From the IMG/VR virus record IMGVR_UViG_2718217868_000007, positions 1-11,990 of that record: DNA of 11,990 nt. One strand, given 5' to 3'. This document shows, piece after piece, positions 1 through 7,270 of this stretch; the first letter of the stretch is position 1; each line of letters begins with the position of its first letter. The notes beneath the pieces were generated by a model, which did no database searches, had not been told where the DNA came from, and was given only the letters and a program-made list of their open reading frames with translations. The DNA comes from a virus (taxonomy: Duplodnaviria; Heunggongvirae; Uroviricota; Caudoviricetes). A program made the translations under genes and the position numbers.

Positions 1-981
1 ATGAACGCAATAATATCGCCCGATTATTACTATGTTCTTACCGTTGCTGGTCAGTCTAATGCCATGGCGTATGGCGAAGGACTGCCATTACCGGACAGGG
101 AAGATGCGCCTCATCCCAGAATTAAACAATTAGCGAGATTTGCGCATACGCATCCCGGAGGCCCGTCATGTCACTTTAACGACATTATTCCACTGACTCA
201 CTGCCCACACGATGTTCAGGATATGCAGGGTTATCACCATCCTCTGGCAACGAATCATCAAACACAGTACGGCACCGTTGGCCAGGCACTGCATATTGCA
301 CGGAAATTACTACCCTTTATTCCTGATAATGCAGGGGTTCTCATCGTTCCATGTTGCCGTGGCGGATCGGCTTTTACCGCGGGCAGCGAAGGGACATATT
401 CAGAACGGCACGGAGCCAGCCATGATGCTTGTCGTTGGGGAACGGATACTCCGCTGTACCAGGATTTAGTCAGCAGAACGCGAGCCGCACTGGCAAAAAA
501 TCCGCAGAACAAATTCCTCGGCGTATGCTGGATGCAAGGCGAATTTGACTTAATGACCAGTGACTACGCGTCACACCCTCAACACTTTAATCATATGGTT
601 GAAGCCTTTCGTAGGGATCTAAAACAATACCATTCTCAGCTTAATAATATTACTGACGCACCGTGGTTTTGCGGCGATACCACCTGGTACTGGAAAGAAA
701 ATTTCCCTCATGCGTATGAAGTTATTTATGGCAATTATCAAAATAATGTTTTAGCCAATATTATTTTCGTCTACTTCCAGCAACAAGGTGAAAGAGGACT
801 GACGAACGCGCCTGATGAAGATCCGGACGATTTAAGCACGGGATATTACGGTTCAGCGTACCGGTCACCGGAGAACTGGACGACGGCACTGCGAAGCAGT
901 CATTTCAACACGGCAGCCCGTCGGGGGATTATTTCTGACAGGTTTGTAGAAGCAATTTTGCAGTTTTGGCGCGAAAAGTGA
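1..981 (+). CDS. nanS: SGNH/DUF303-type sialate O-acetylesterase (NanS-like), 326 aa
   Basis: Full-length ORF starting at base 1. N-terminal GQSN block (VAGQSNAMAYGEG) is typical of SGNH/sialate O-acetylesterase hydrolases. The 326-aa length matches my recollection of chromosomal E. coli NanS (YjhS). Assignment is from memory of the family, not a search. Confidence 0.6.
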   Translation: MNAIISPDYYYVLTVAGQSNAMAYGEGLPLPDREDAPHPRIKQLARFAHTHPGGPSCHFNDIIPLTHCPHDVQDMQGYHHPLATNHQTQYGTVGQALHIARKLLPFIPDNAGVLIVPCCRGGSAFTAGSEGTYSERHGASHDACRWGTDTPLYQDLVSRTRAALAKNPQNKFLGVCWMQGEFDLMTSDYASHPQHFNHMVEAFRRDLKQYHSQLNNITDAPWFCGDTTWYWKENFPHAYEVIYGNYQNNVLANIIFVYFQQQGERGLTNAPDEDPDDLSTGYYGSAYRSPENWTTALRSSHFNTAARRGIISDRFVEAILQFWREK

Positions 982-1135
982 GCGTTCATTAATTTGATTT
1001 ATTCGCATCCATCAACGCTTTTAACTCCTCCGGCGTAAAAGGTGGTTTGCGTCGGTGCAACATCGCATGGCAATTAGGGTACACAGGCAGCAAAAAAACA
1101 AATGAGATCAAAGTAATATATCTTCACTTGCAGGC

Positions 1136-1369
1136 TTGAACAGCCGAAAATTTGCGAGCATGATCGCAATTATTTCACTGCCAGGGATATCAATGGCTTC
1201 CAGTAAATCGCTACAGCAGGCAATTGCCAACATAAAAATCTGGCACAAAGGTGAACAGCGCGCGCCGCATAAGCCATTGTTATTGCTATACGTATTAGCG
1301 GGATACCTGAATGGACATCCACGCCTTTTCGATTATTGTAGTGGAACAGTCTACGAGGATGCAGTTTGA
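1136..1369 (+). CDS. hypothetical 77-aa ORF with TTG start; possibly a gene remnant
   Basis: Six-frame ORF only. Starts at TTG, no clear RBS, overlapped by a minus-strand ORF (1170-1415). Lies in lower-GC DNA between nanS and the putative att remnant. Confidence 0.15.
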   Translation: MNSRKFASMIAIISLPGISMASSKSLQQAIANIKIWHKGEQRAPHKPLLLLYVLAGYLNGHPRLFDYCSGTVYEDAV

Positions 1370-1434
1370 AGTGAGTAAGTAAAGGTTGCTGGAAACGATC
1401 AATGCCGCCATACAATGATATTTGAGGATCACCA

Positions 1435-1620
1435 ATGAGTAATAAAAACTACGAAAGTCACCGCAAAGCAATAGTTAGTAAAGGTATACCACCCACTCTA
1501 TTAAATAGGCTCACCAATTCGGATGTTCAGGTGATCAATACCTTCTTAACACGAGTGAGCAAACTGGAACTATCTCAACAAGAGAAAGACTGGATCATAA
1601 AAATCATCTCTATGGTTTAG
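1435..1620 (+). CDS. hypothetical small protein, 61 aa
   Basis: ATG start with GAGGAT 8 nt upstream. No recognisable motif. AT-rich. Confidence 0.25.
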   Translation: MSNKNYESHRKAIVSKGIPPTLLNRLTNSDVQVINTFLTRVSKLELSQQEKDWIIKIISMV

Positions 1621-1822
1621 AGAATTTCAGCCTTGTAGCCTTTCAAGGGTTTTGTGTGGGTACAAACATTATCGAATCGGGATATAGCCGCAGCTGTAGC
1701 TGTATCCACATCAGTAAGTTGATGTAGGTTGACTTAGGTTGAGCGAAAAATAGCGAAAAGCCTTGTGTGGCGCGGATTTCAGTCATAAAAAAACGTCCGT
1801 TGACGTCTATTGATGTTCCGAT

Positions 1823-1860
1823 GGTGCGAAGGTGCGAAGGTGCGAAGGCCGGACTCAAAC
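1823..1860 (-). repeat. degenerate tRNA 3'-end-like sequence with a triplicated octamer; candidate distal att site of the P4-like prophage
   Basis: Plus strand has GGTGCGAA three times in tandem (1823-1846) followed by GGCCGGACTCAAAC. The reverse complement GTTTGAGTCCGGCCTTCGCACC resembles the T-arm/acceptor 3' end of tRNA-Leu (leuX, ...GGTTCGAGTCCGGCCTTCGGCACCA) as I recall it. It is not an intact tRNA. Confidence 0.4.
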
Positions 1861-2059
1861 ATCAAAATAAGTCAATGATAAAAAACAAATAATAAAACAC
1901 AACAATGAAATATGCCCCCTTTTGTGCCCCCACTGTTTTTCTGACCAATCTATTTTCAGCCCATCAACAAATCGGAAAGTTAAATAATTTTTAATCAGTA
2001 AGTTTGGATCCGTAGTTCGGATCCAAACCAGTGCATCTTTTATCCACATAAAAATTTTT

Positions 2060-2350
2060 TTTTCGGAAGAACTGTTCACACTGTTCACCTTTCTTTTTTC
2101 TCCTTTTATTTCATAGTGATAGGTGGTGAATAATGGGTGAAGGGTGAACATTCGATTCTTCACCTCCGGCATTCTGCCGGTGTGACTTGTGCAGGGGATT
2201 AATTTCCCGTGCTGAAATCACACCGGAAGAAAAAAGTTTTTTTTGATTTGATTGTTCACACTGTTCACCTTTCGTTTTTCTCTTTTAATTTCAGTGTGAT
2301 AACGGGTGAATATACGGTGAAGGGTGAACAGTGGATTGTTCACCTTCGGG
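2060..2350. repeat. crr-like cis replication region: two ~120-bp direct repeats carrying TGTTCACC/GGTGAACA iterons
   Basis: Repeat unit 1 (~2062-2169) and unit 2 (~2222-2350) are near-identical. Each contains TGTTCACA+TGTTCACC (2073-2089; 2253-2269), GGTGAACA (2143-2150; 2323-2330) and an inverted copy (2157-2164 degenerate; 2337-2344). Located immediately downstream of alpha, as crr is in P4. Confidence 0.75.
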
Positions 2351-2361
2351 GGATTCAGGGA

Positions 2362-2387
2362 TAAAAAAAGACCGGCAGATGCCGGTC
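2362..2387 (-). terminator. rho-independent terminator downstream of alpha
   Basis: On the minus strand, hairpin GACCGGC-ATCT-GCCGGTC (2370-2387) followed by a run of 7 T (plus-strand A run 2363-2369). Begins 16 nt after the alpha stop. Confidence 0.6.
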
Positions 2388-2403
2388 AGATGAGTCATGA
2401 TGG

Positions 2404-4737
2404 TCAGGTTGTTGCAGGGTCGTCACATTTTGGCAGCCAGTCGCCGTAGCTTTCCTCTTTCAGCGTCAGGTTGGTCTGTATCCCCTGTTTGGTATGGCGC
2501 TTCTCGTAATTCAGTCCATATTCCTTCAGCATCACCGGCAGCCCCAGCCCGAACATTTTCAGACTGAGTACATTCCGGTAGCCGTTTGCCTCCATGTAGG
2601 CCAGATAGGCGTGATAGAGGTATTTACGGTAATTACGCGGGATGATACTGGCGTTCCCCATATACATGCCGCTGGTCTGCGGCAGGGTTTCCAGATAGCC
2701 GATAAAATCAAACGTCGGGTCGGCATCCCGTTTGATGTTCAGTGCCTCGTCTGAGTTCTGCTGGGACTGAAGCAGTGACCGGGCGAGCATCGGGTCGCTG
2801 AACTTCTGCATCAGGTGACGCACGATGACCGCCAGCTCGCGGGTGATTTTGTCCTTAAGCTGCGGGTCGCGCTCCTGCGGGGCTATCTGTTCCGGGAAGT
2901 GAATAATCACCCGCCGGCGTGACACGCCGCCGCTGCGGTCGGTGAAGCGCATCGGGTTATTGTTCACGGCCAGAATCACCGCCGGGATATGCGTGGAGTA
3001 CGCATCCCGGTATTTCGGGTCCACGGACACCGCATCGCCGCCGGTGATGGCCTTGAGTCCGGCACCGTCGCCGCTCCATTTTTCCTGGTCCGGCAGGCGT
3101 ATCAGTGAGAAGCCAGTTAACGCGGCACGTTCACGCGGGGATTCCAGCGTCTCGATGGTGGCCGACGTGGCGTTATCCTCCCCGGCCAGCAGGGTGGCTA
3201 TTTCGGCCATGATACTTTTGCCGCTGCCGCCGGGACCGGTCACCTCCAGAAAGAGCTGCCAGTCGTAGCGGTTTGCCAGCACCATAAACAGTGCGGCCAG
3301 AATCACGTCGCGTTTTTCCGCACGGCCACCGGCGGCACGGTCAAGCCAGCGCCAGAACGCGGGGGCGTGGGTCTCCAGCGTTTCACCGTCCACCGGCGGG
3401 GTGAAATCCACATCGCACAGGGTGCGCATCCAGTGTGACGGACTGTGCGGGTGGAACGTGCCGTTCTGCGTGTCGAGCACGCCGTTACGAAAGCCAATCA
3501 GGCGGCGGGAGGGGGCTTCCTGCTGCGGAATAATCAGCTTCAGGGTGTCCACCACGGAGGCCACCTTCCCGGAGGAGAACGGCGCGCGCAGACGCTGAAA
3601 CAGCCCGGCCACATCCCGGGCAAAGTCCTGTGGTGGCAGCACCTTCCAGACACCATTTTCATAACGGGACAGAAGCTGGCCGTTGGCATCGACCGCGAGC
3701 GCCTCGCCGTAATGCTCATAGATACGCATGGCCTTTTCGCTGGTACTCATGGCGGAAAACTCCGCTTCGCTCATGGTGTCGAACGGGCTTTCAGCCGGTG
3801 GCCGGATGGCATCGTAAATGGCCTTACGGGTGGCCTCCCCGCCGTACTGCGTGAAGGCATCATTCCAGTCACCGAAGACCGGCGGCAGGGCAACAACGCC
3901 CTCACACGCATCTGCGGCTGCGGCGGCTTTTTTCTGGCCGTCACCGCTGAGGTCACGGTCTGCGGCAAGGACAATCTGACAGGCCGGATGCTTCTGCCGG
4001 GCAAGGCTGGCCAGAGAAAGGAGATTCACGGAAGAAAGCGCCACCATCACCGTTTCACCGGTCAGGTGATGCACGGTAAGTGCGGTCGCGTATCCCTCCG
4101 CTATCCACAGACGTTTTCCGGCCTGATTCTGTCCTTCAAGGGTGTGACAGGTGCCCCTGACCTGTCCGCCTTTCAGGGTGCGCTTACGGCCGTCAGCACT
4201 GATTAACTGAAGGTTAACCAGTTCGCCGCTGTCGTCATACAGTGGCACCACAAGGTCACCGGCACGCCAGCTCACGCCACCGGCTCTGTGTGTGCCGGTC
4301 AGCATCCGGCATTCCCGGCCGGGAAAGCCCTTGCGGGTCAGGTAGGCGTTACCGGTTCCGGGACGGGTTTTCGCCATCAGGGTTTGTGCCAGTGCGGCGG
4401 CGTTCTTCCGGGCAGCGTCTGTTTCAGCACCGGCGGCAGCCGTCACTGCCGGGTCAGCCGGGGGCAGGCTGCCGGTCACGGCAGCCACCTTTGCGGCCGC
4501 ATCGGACGGGGAAACACCAAACACCTTTTCAACCAGTTTCAGGCCGTCACCGGCACCACACTGATTGCAGTACCAGGTGCCGCGCCCCTCCCTGTCATCA
4601 AAACGGAAGCGGTCACTCCCGCCACAGACCGGACAGGGCTGATGACGGTTTTTCAGCACCTGAATCCCCAGCGCCGGGAGAATACGCGGCCAGTGGCCGA
4701 GCGCATGGCTGACGGTGGCGGTTACGTTCATTTTCAT
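2404..4737 (-). CDS. alpha: P4 alpha-type bifunctional primase-helicase / origin-binding replication protein, 777 aa
   Basis: 777 aa, the same length as P4 alpha. N-terminal zinc-binding primase motif CPVCGG...WYCNQCG, Walker A GPGGSGKS in the central NTPase domain, RBS AGGAG 9 nt upstream of the ATG at 4737. Flanked by TGTTCACC iteron clusters, the known alpha binding sites. Confidence 0.92.
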   Translation of the reverse strand: MKMNVTATVSHALGHWPRILPALGIQVLKNRHQPCPVCGGSDRFRFDDREGRGTWYCNQCGAGDGLKLVEKVFGVSPSDAAAKVAAVTGSLPPADPAVTAAAGAETDAARKNAAALAQTLMAKTRPGTGNAYLTRKGFPGRECRMLTGTHRAGGVSWRAGDLVVPLYDDSGELVNLQLISADGRKRTLKGGQVRGTCHTLEGQNQAGKRLWIAEGYATALTVHHLTGETVMVALSSVNLLSLASLARQKHPACQIVLAADRDLSGDGQKKAAAAADACEGVVALPPVFGDWNDAFTQYGGEATRKAIYDAIRPPAESPFDTMSEAEFSAMSTSEKAMRIYEHYGEALAVDANGQLLSRYENGVWKVLPPQDFARDVAGLFQRLRAPFSSGKVASVVDTLKLIIPQQEAPSRRLIGFRNGVLDTQNGTFHPHSPSHWMRTLCDVDFTPPVDGETLETHAPAFWRWLDRAAGGRAEKRDVILAALFMVLANRYDWQLFLEVTGPGGSGKSIMAEIATLLAGEDNATSATIETLESPRERAALTGFSLIRLPDQEKWSGDGAGLKAITGGDAVSVDPKYRDAYSTHIPAVILAVNNNPMRFTDRSGGVSRRRVIIHFPEQIAPQERDPQLKDKITRELAVIVRHLMQKFSDPMLARSLLQSQQNSDEALNIKRDADPTFDFIGYLETLPQTSGMYMGNASIIPRNYRKYLYHAYLAYMEANGYRNVLSLKMFGLGLPVMLKEYGLNYEKRHTKQGIQTNLTLKEESYGDWLPKCDDPATT

Positions 4738-4751
4738 GGTGTTGTTCTCCT

Positions 4752-5072
4752 TCAGTGCAGTACCGGCGCTTTTATGTGACGGGCACAGAGTTCATCCATC
4801 ACAACCAGCCCGAGAAAGGACAGCGACGGCGCGGCCTTCAGGGGGCCGGATTCCATTAAATCTTCCAGCAGGGCACAGGCTATCTGACGCCCTTTTTCCT
4901 CACCGTGCTGGCGCAGATAAAAGCCTTCCAGCTCAGCGGCGATGGCCGCCTCCAGTGACTCAAGGGTGAGATGCGGGTAGCGGTGCTGACGTTCGCACAC
5001 GGTCAGCCAGGCACAGGCGACAGCGCGACGGTAAAGGGCAGCGCGTAAGACGGGCGGTAAGGGTGTTTTCAT
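4752..5072 (-). CDS. hypothetical protein, 106 aa, left-operon gene immediately upstream of alpha
   Basis: RBS GGGAGG 7 nt upstream of the ATG at 5072. Stop lies 14 nt before the alpha start. No motif recognised. Position corresponds to a conserved small ORF in P4-type left operons. Confidence 0.55.
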
Positions 5073-5207
5073 TTGTTTTCCTCCCTGTGACAGATGACTG
5101 CATTCCGTGCCGGTTGCATTAACTGATAAGGCATATCTGCGTCTCCTGAAGACGTGCGTATCCCTGCGCGAATACGCACATTTAATTTTTCGGGTGTCGT
5201 TTTTTAA

Positions 5208-5663
5208 TTACAGATAATTGCGGTAACTGTTATCCGGGGTGATTTCCGGGTCAGGCTCCGTGCGGGAAATTTCCCGCCATTCCCGCGCCACCGGTGCCGC
5301 CCGGCTGACCGGAACAGGGTCCTGCGGGTAAATATCCAGATATTTCTCCCGCCATTTCTGTAATTCCGGGTCTCCGGCCATTTCTTTCAGTACCGCATGC
5401 CGGTTTACGGGGCTGCGTCTGAACAGGTCAGGACGGTCACAGGTAAATTCCCGCAGAAAACGCCCCAGCGGGATGTCTGTGGTGCGCCCGTCGGCGAGGA
5501 TACGCACAAGGATACTGAATTTACGGCGGTACGGATTCCAGACAATGTCCGGGCAGCGGTACGGCATTTCCCACGGAATACCGTCTTCCAGAATGCCGAC
5601 CACGGCCACATCGGGAAAACCGGCAGAACGGTAAATCTCACCGGGCTGGGGAAAATCAAACAT
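5208..5663 (-). CDS. hypothetical protein, 151 aa, left-operon gene
   Basis: ATG at 5663 overlaps the stop of the upstream ORF (ATGTTTGA), indicating translational coupling. Size and position match the ORF known as orf151 in P4. No catalytic motif recognised. Confidence 0.55.
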   Translation of the reverse strand: MFDFPQPGEIYRSAGFPDVAVVGILEDGIPWEMPYRCPDIVWNPYRRKFSILVRILADGRTTDIPLGRFLREFTCDRPDLFRRSPVNRHAVLKEMAGDPELQKWREKYLDIYPQDPVPVSRAAPVAREWREISRTEPDPEITPDNSYRNYL

Positions 5664-5943
5664 GTGTCCTGTCTCCCCGGTCTTTCTGCTGGGCGAGAAA
5701 ATCGCGGCACAGGCCTTTGGCTTTCAGCTCATTCAGCACAAACTCAATATCTTCATTCAGGTAGCTGAAAATATGCGGAATGTAGAGCTGATGCAGGCCG
5801 GAGAGTTCACGGTGAATCAAATCACCCCCAACAAACTGGGATACGGCGCTGGCGCGGTTGAGCTTATGGTAAGCCTCAATGCTGAGGTGTTCACGGGCGT
5901 CATGATGCGCTGAGACGGTCTGAGGGGCTTTTTTATTACGCAC
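5656..5943 (-). CDS. hypothetical small protein, ~95 aa (GTG start preferred; in-frame ATG at 5988 is an alternative)
   Basis: In-frame GTG at 5943 is preceded by GGAGG (5954-5950) with a 6-nt spacer. The hydrophilic C-terminal part looks protein-like. Stop overlaps the start of the 151-aa gene. The six-frame track extends this frame to 6183, but that part overlaps the neighbouring small gene. Confidence 0.4.
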   Translation of the reverse strand: MRNKKAPQTVSAHHDAREHLSIEAYHKLNRASAVSQFVGGDLIHRELSGLHQLYIPHIFSYLNEDIEFVLNELKAKGLCRDFLAQQKDRGDRTHV

Positions 5944-6133
5944 GGGACACCTCCACCACCGGCAGACGGGCAGCAAGGGAGAGCACATAGTCACGGACAA
6001 GGGAACGGCGGGCACTGCGTTCATCACCGGCGACGGTGCGAAGCATACAGATACGGGGATGACGGTCTGTGCGACGGACAGCCGCAAACACAAAGACAAA
6101 TTCAGGGTGTGAGGGGGTAAGGGTTGTAGCCAT
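5936..6133 (-). CDS. hypothetical small protein, 65 aa, first translated gene after the leader
   Basis: ATG at 6133 is preceded by GGAGG (6145-6141). This is the C-terminal segment of the 211-aa six-frame ORF; the longer reading would run through a terminator-like hairpin and overlap vis, so the short form is preferred. Confidence 0.35.
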   Translation of the reverse strand: MATTLTPSHPEFVFVFAAVRRTDRHPRICMLRTVAGDERSARRSLVRDYVLSLAARLPVVEVSRA

Positions 6134-6522
6134 AAGGCAACCTCCGATAACAGCGTAAATGACGCTATCGCCGGAGTTCTCACGCTCGATGGCGATAGCC
6201 CAGACGGGGGTGAGAATACCGGCGTTATCGGAAACCGGCCAGCCCGGAGGCTGCCCCGCCTGAGCTACCATTGACTCAGTGGCATAACATGCGATTGCGA
6301 ACAGGATCATACCTGCACGGCAAACCACACGCCACACCATAATCTGGTGCTCTGTGGCGTTGATTGCGACACAAAAAAAGACGCATGGCGCGTCATATGT
6401 CGCCGATAACATACTCGGGTTCTCACGCCCGGCTGCCGATTTTGCGGCAGCGGAAAAACTATATCCGCAAATGCCGGAAAAAGGCAAGCCAGAAAAAGGG
6501 AGTTTTTGCAGAGCGGGCATCA
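6134..6522 (-). promoter_or_regulatory. untranslated leader of the left operon; candidate early promoter and RNA-based immunity region
   Basis: About 390 bp between vis and the first small gene with no convincing ORF. Contains a terminator-like hairpin and a 9-mer present twice (6403-6411; 6144-6152, abutting the SD) whose complement lies between them (6220-6231). P4 encodes its immunity RNA in this leader. Confidence 0.3.
6373..6394 (-). terminator. terminator-like hairpin plus T-run inside the leader
   Basis: Minus strand reads a 5-bp-stem hairpin GACGC-GCCAT-GCGTC (6380-6394) followed by TTTTTTT (plus-strand A run 6373-6379). The stem is short, so strength is uncertain. Confidence 0.4.
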
Positions 6523-6789
6523 TCATGCGTCGTACCCCCGTTTGCGTCCGGCAATGCGTCCGGCCATCCATGCGGTGACTTCAGAGTGCAGCCAGGCCAC
6601 ATTTTTACCGCCAAGACTCACCTGCGGCGGAAATTCCCCCTTACGGATGAGTTCATAGATGGTCGAGCGTGACAGGCCGCACAGGTGCATCACTTCCGGC
6701 AGACGTAAAAAACGCTCCTGCGTGATGTCCGGCAGCGGCATCAGTGGCGTCACAGGGGCGGGAGACGGGGAAGAAAAAACAGCTTGCAT
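6523..6789 (-). CDS. vis: AlpA-family helix-turn-helix regulator (P4 Vis-like), 88 aa
   Basis: Core [46 protein letters not shown] is a typical AlpA-type HTH. 88 aa, as for the P4 ORF originally named orf88. RBS GAGGT 7 nt upstream. It is the first gene downstream of a TGT-N12-ACA dyad. Confidence 0.7.
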   Translation of the reverse strand: MQAVFSSPSPAPVTPLMPLPDITQERFLRLPEVMHLCGLSRSTIYELIRKGEFPPQVSLGGKNVAWLHSEVTAWMAGRIAGRKRGYDA

Positions 6790-6891
6790 CGGGCTACCTC
6801 GTTAATGTCCATACAGCACCGGATAAGTCCGTCCGGCTTCGGGTAGCGCTTTATTTTGTGAATATTTTTGGCAGACGCAACAGGGGGGATT

Positions 6892-6909
6892 TGTTCCGGC
6901 AGCCTTACA
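6892..6909 (-). promoter_or_regulatory. TGT-N12-ACA dyad; candidate Ogr/Delta-dependent late promoter (PLL-like) reading leftward into vis
   Basis: TGT (6892-6894), 12 nt, ACA (6907-6909). A TCACAAA-type element (6861-6855) sits ~43 nt downstream on the minus strand, with vis starting ~110 nt from the dyad centre. Consensus is from P2/P4 late promoters. Confidence 0.45.
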
Positions 6910-6934
6910 ATGACTGTGTGTTTTTTGTTCATCT

Positions 6935-6964
6935 CCACTTAAAGTCATTTAAAGCCACTTAAAG
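6935..6964. repeat. three tandem 10-bp repeats (CCACTTAAAG / TCATTTAAAG / CCACTTAAAG)
   Basis: Read directly from the sequence. Lies just upstream of the PLL-like dyad in the vis/ori intergenic region. Confidence 0.6.
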
Positions 6965-7068
6965 CAATTCGTAATTTTTATAGTGAAATACAAATCGTTT
7001 TTTCTTATTCATTCCCGGCGAATTAATAAAAACAAACAGTAATAAACAGCACAAAAAGCCCATCAACG

Positions 7069-7172
7069 GGTGAACAGTGGTGAACAGACGGTGAACAGTC
7101 ATTACTGCGATTGTTCACCCTTTAACTTACTGTATTACTTATCTTTTTTCTTATGGTGAACAGAGGTGAACA
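7069..7172. other. ori-like cluster of six type-I iterons (GGTGAACA / TGTTCACC)
   Basis: GGTGAACA at 7069-7076, 7079-7086, 7090-7097, 7155-7162 and 7165-7172, plus inverted TGTTCACC at 7112-7119, in AT-rich context. Same octamer as in the crr-like repeats ~4.8 kb away. P4 ori and crr are both built from this alpha-binding octamer. Confidence 0.7.
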
Positions 7173-7252
7173 GTAAAATATAAAAAAAATAAACAGTAAG
7201 CCGTTTTTTCCAGCGACCTTTTCCTGGCTTGCCGGTGTGAGGATGAGTCTCC

Positions 7253-7270
7253 TGTGTCAGGGCTGGCACA
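7253..7270 (+). promoter_or_regulatory. TGT-N12-ACA dyad; candidate Delta/Ogr-activated late promoter (Psid-like)
   Basis: TGT (7253-7255), 12 nt, ACA (7268-7270). TCACAAT element at 7304-7310 lies ~45 nt downstream. The sid ATG at 7343 is preceded by RBS GAGGAG (7330-7335). Confidence 0.5.

Noticed and set aside
212-512. ORFs 212-469 (+) and 258-512 (-) overlapping nanS
   Set aside because: Alternative frames inside a full-length esterase ORF, with no RBS or motif.
1823-1860. An intact tRNA gene at the left prophage boundary
   Set aside because: Only a 3'-terminal fragment-like sequence is present, with a non-canonical T-loop (GTTTGAGTCC) and no upstream D or anticodon arm. It is treated as an att remnant.
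1643-2172. Minus-strand ORFs 1643-1858 and 1855-2172
   Set aside because: They run across the att-like remnant and the crr iteron repeats. Their translations are repeat-driven and low-complexity, with no RBS.
2494-4779. Many plus-strand and off-frame minus-strand ORFs inside the alpha gene (2494-2754, 2942-3268, 3303-3497, 3401-3598, 3445-4206, 3630-3854, 3771-4004, 4242-4712, 4288-4779)
   Set aside because: They are embedded in a gene with strong motif support and are the open frames expected by chance in GC-rich DNA. None has an RBS or a recognisable motif.
5397-5913. ORFs 5397-5768 (+), 5405-5710 (-) and 5662-5913 (+) overlapping left-operon genes
   Set aside because: They conflict with minus-strand genes that show translational coupling and RBS support. 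Plus-strand frames here are antisense to the operon.
5936-6571. 211-aa minus-strand ORF spanning the leader
   Set aside because: It would run through the terminator-like hairpin and overlap vis. The internal ATG at 6133 has a GGAGG RBS and P4 has an untranslated leader here, so only the C-terminal 65-aa portion is kept, and that at low confidence.
6354-6962. ORFs 6354-6578 (+), 6364-6672 (+), 6744-6962 (+) and 6750-6938 (-)
   Set aside because: They overlap vis in antisense or lie in the promoter/tandem-repeat region. No RBS, and the translations are unconvincing.
2060-7172. Possibility that the short repeated octamers form a CRISPR array
   Set aside because: The repeats are 8 bp, irregularly spaced, in both orientations and split into two clusters. 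That is an iteron architecture (P4 ori/crr type), not CRISPR repeat-spacer structure.
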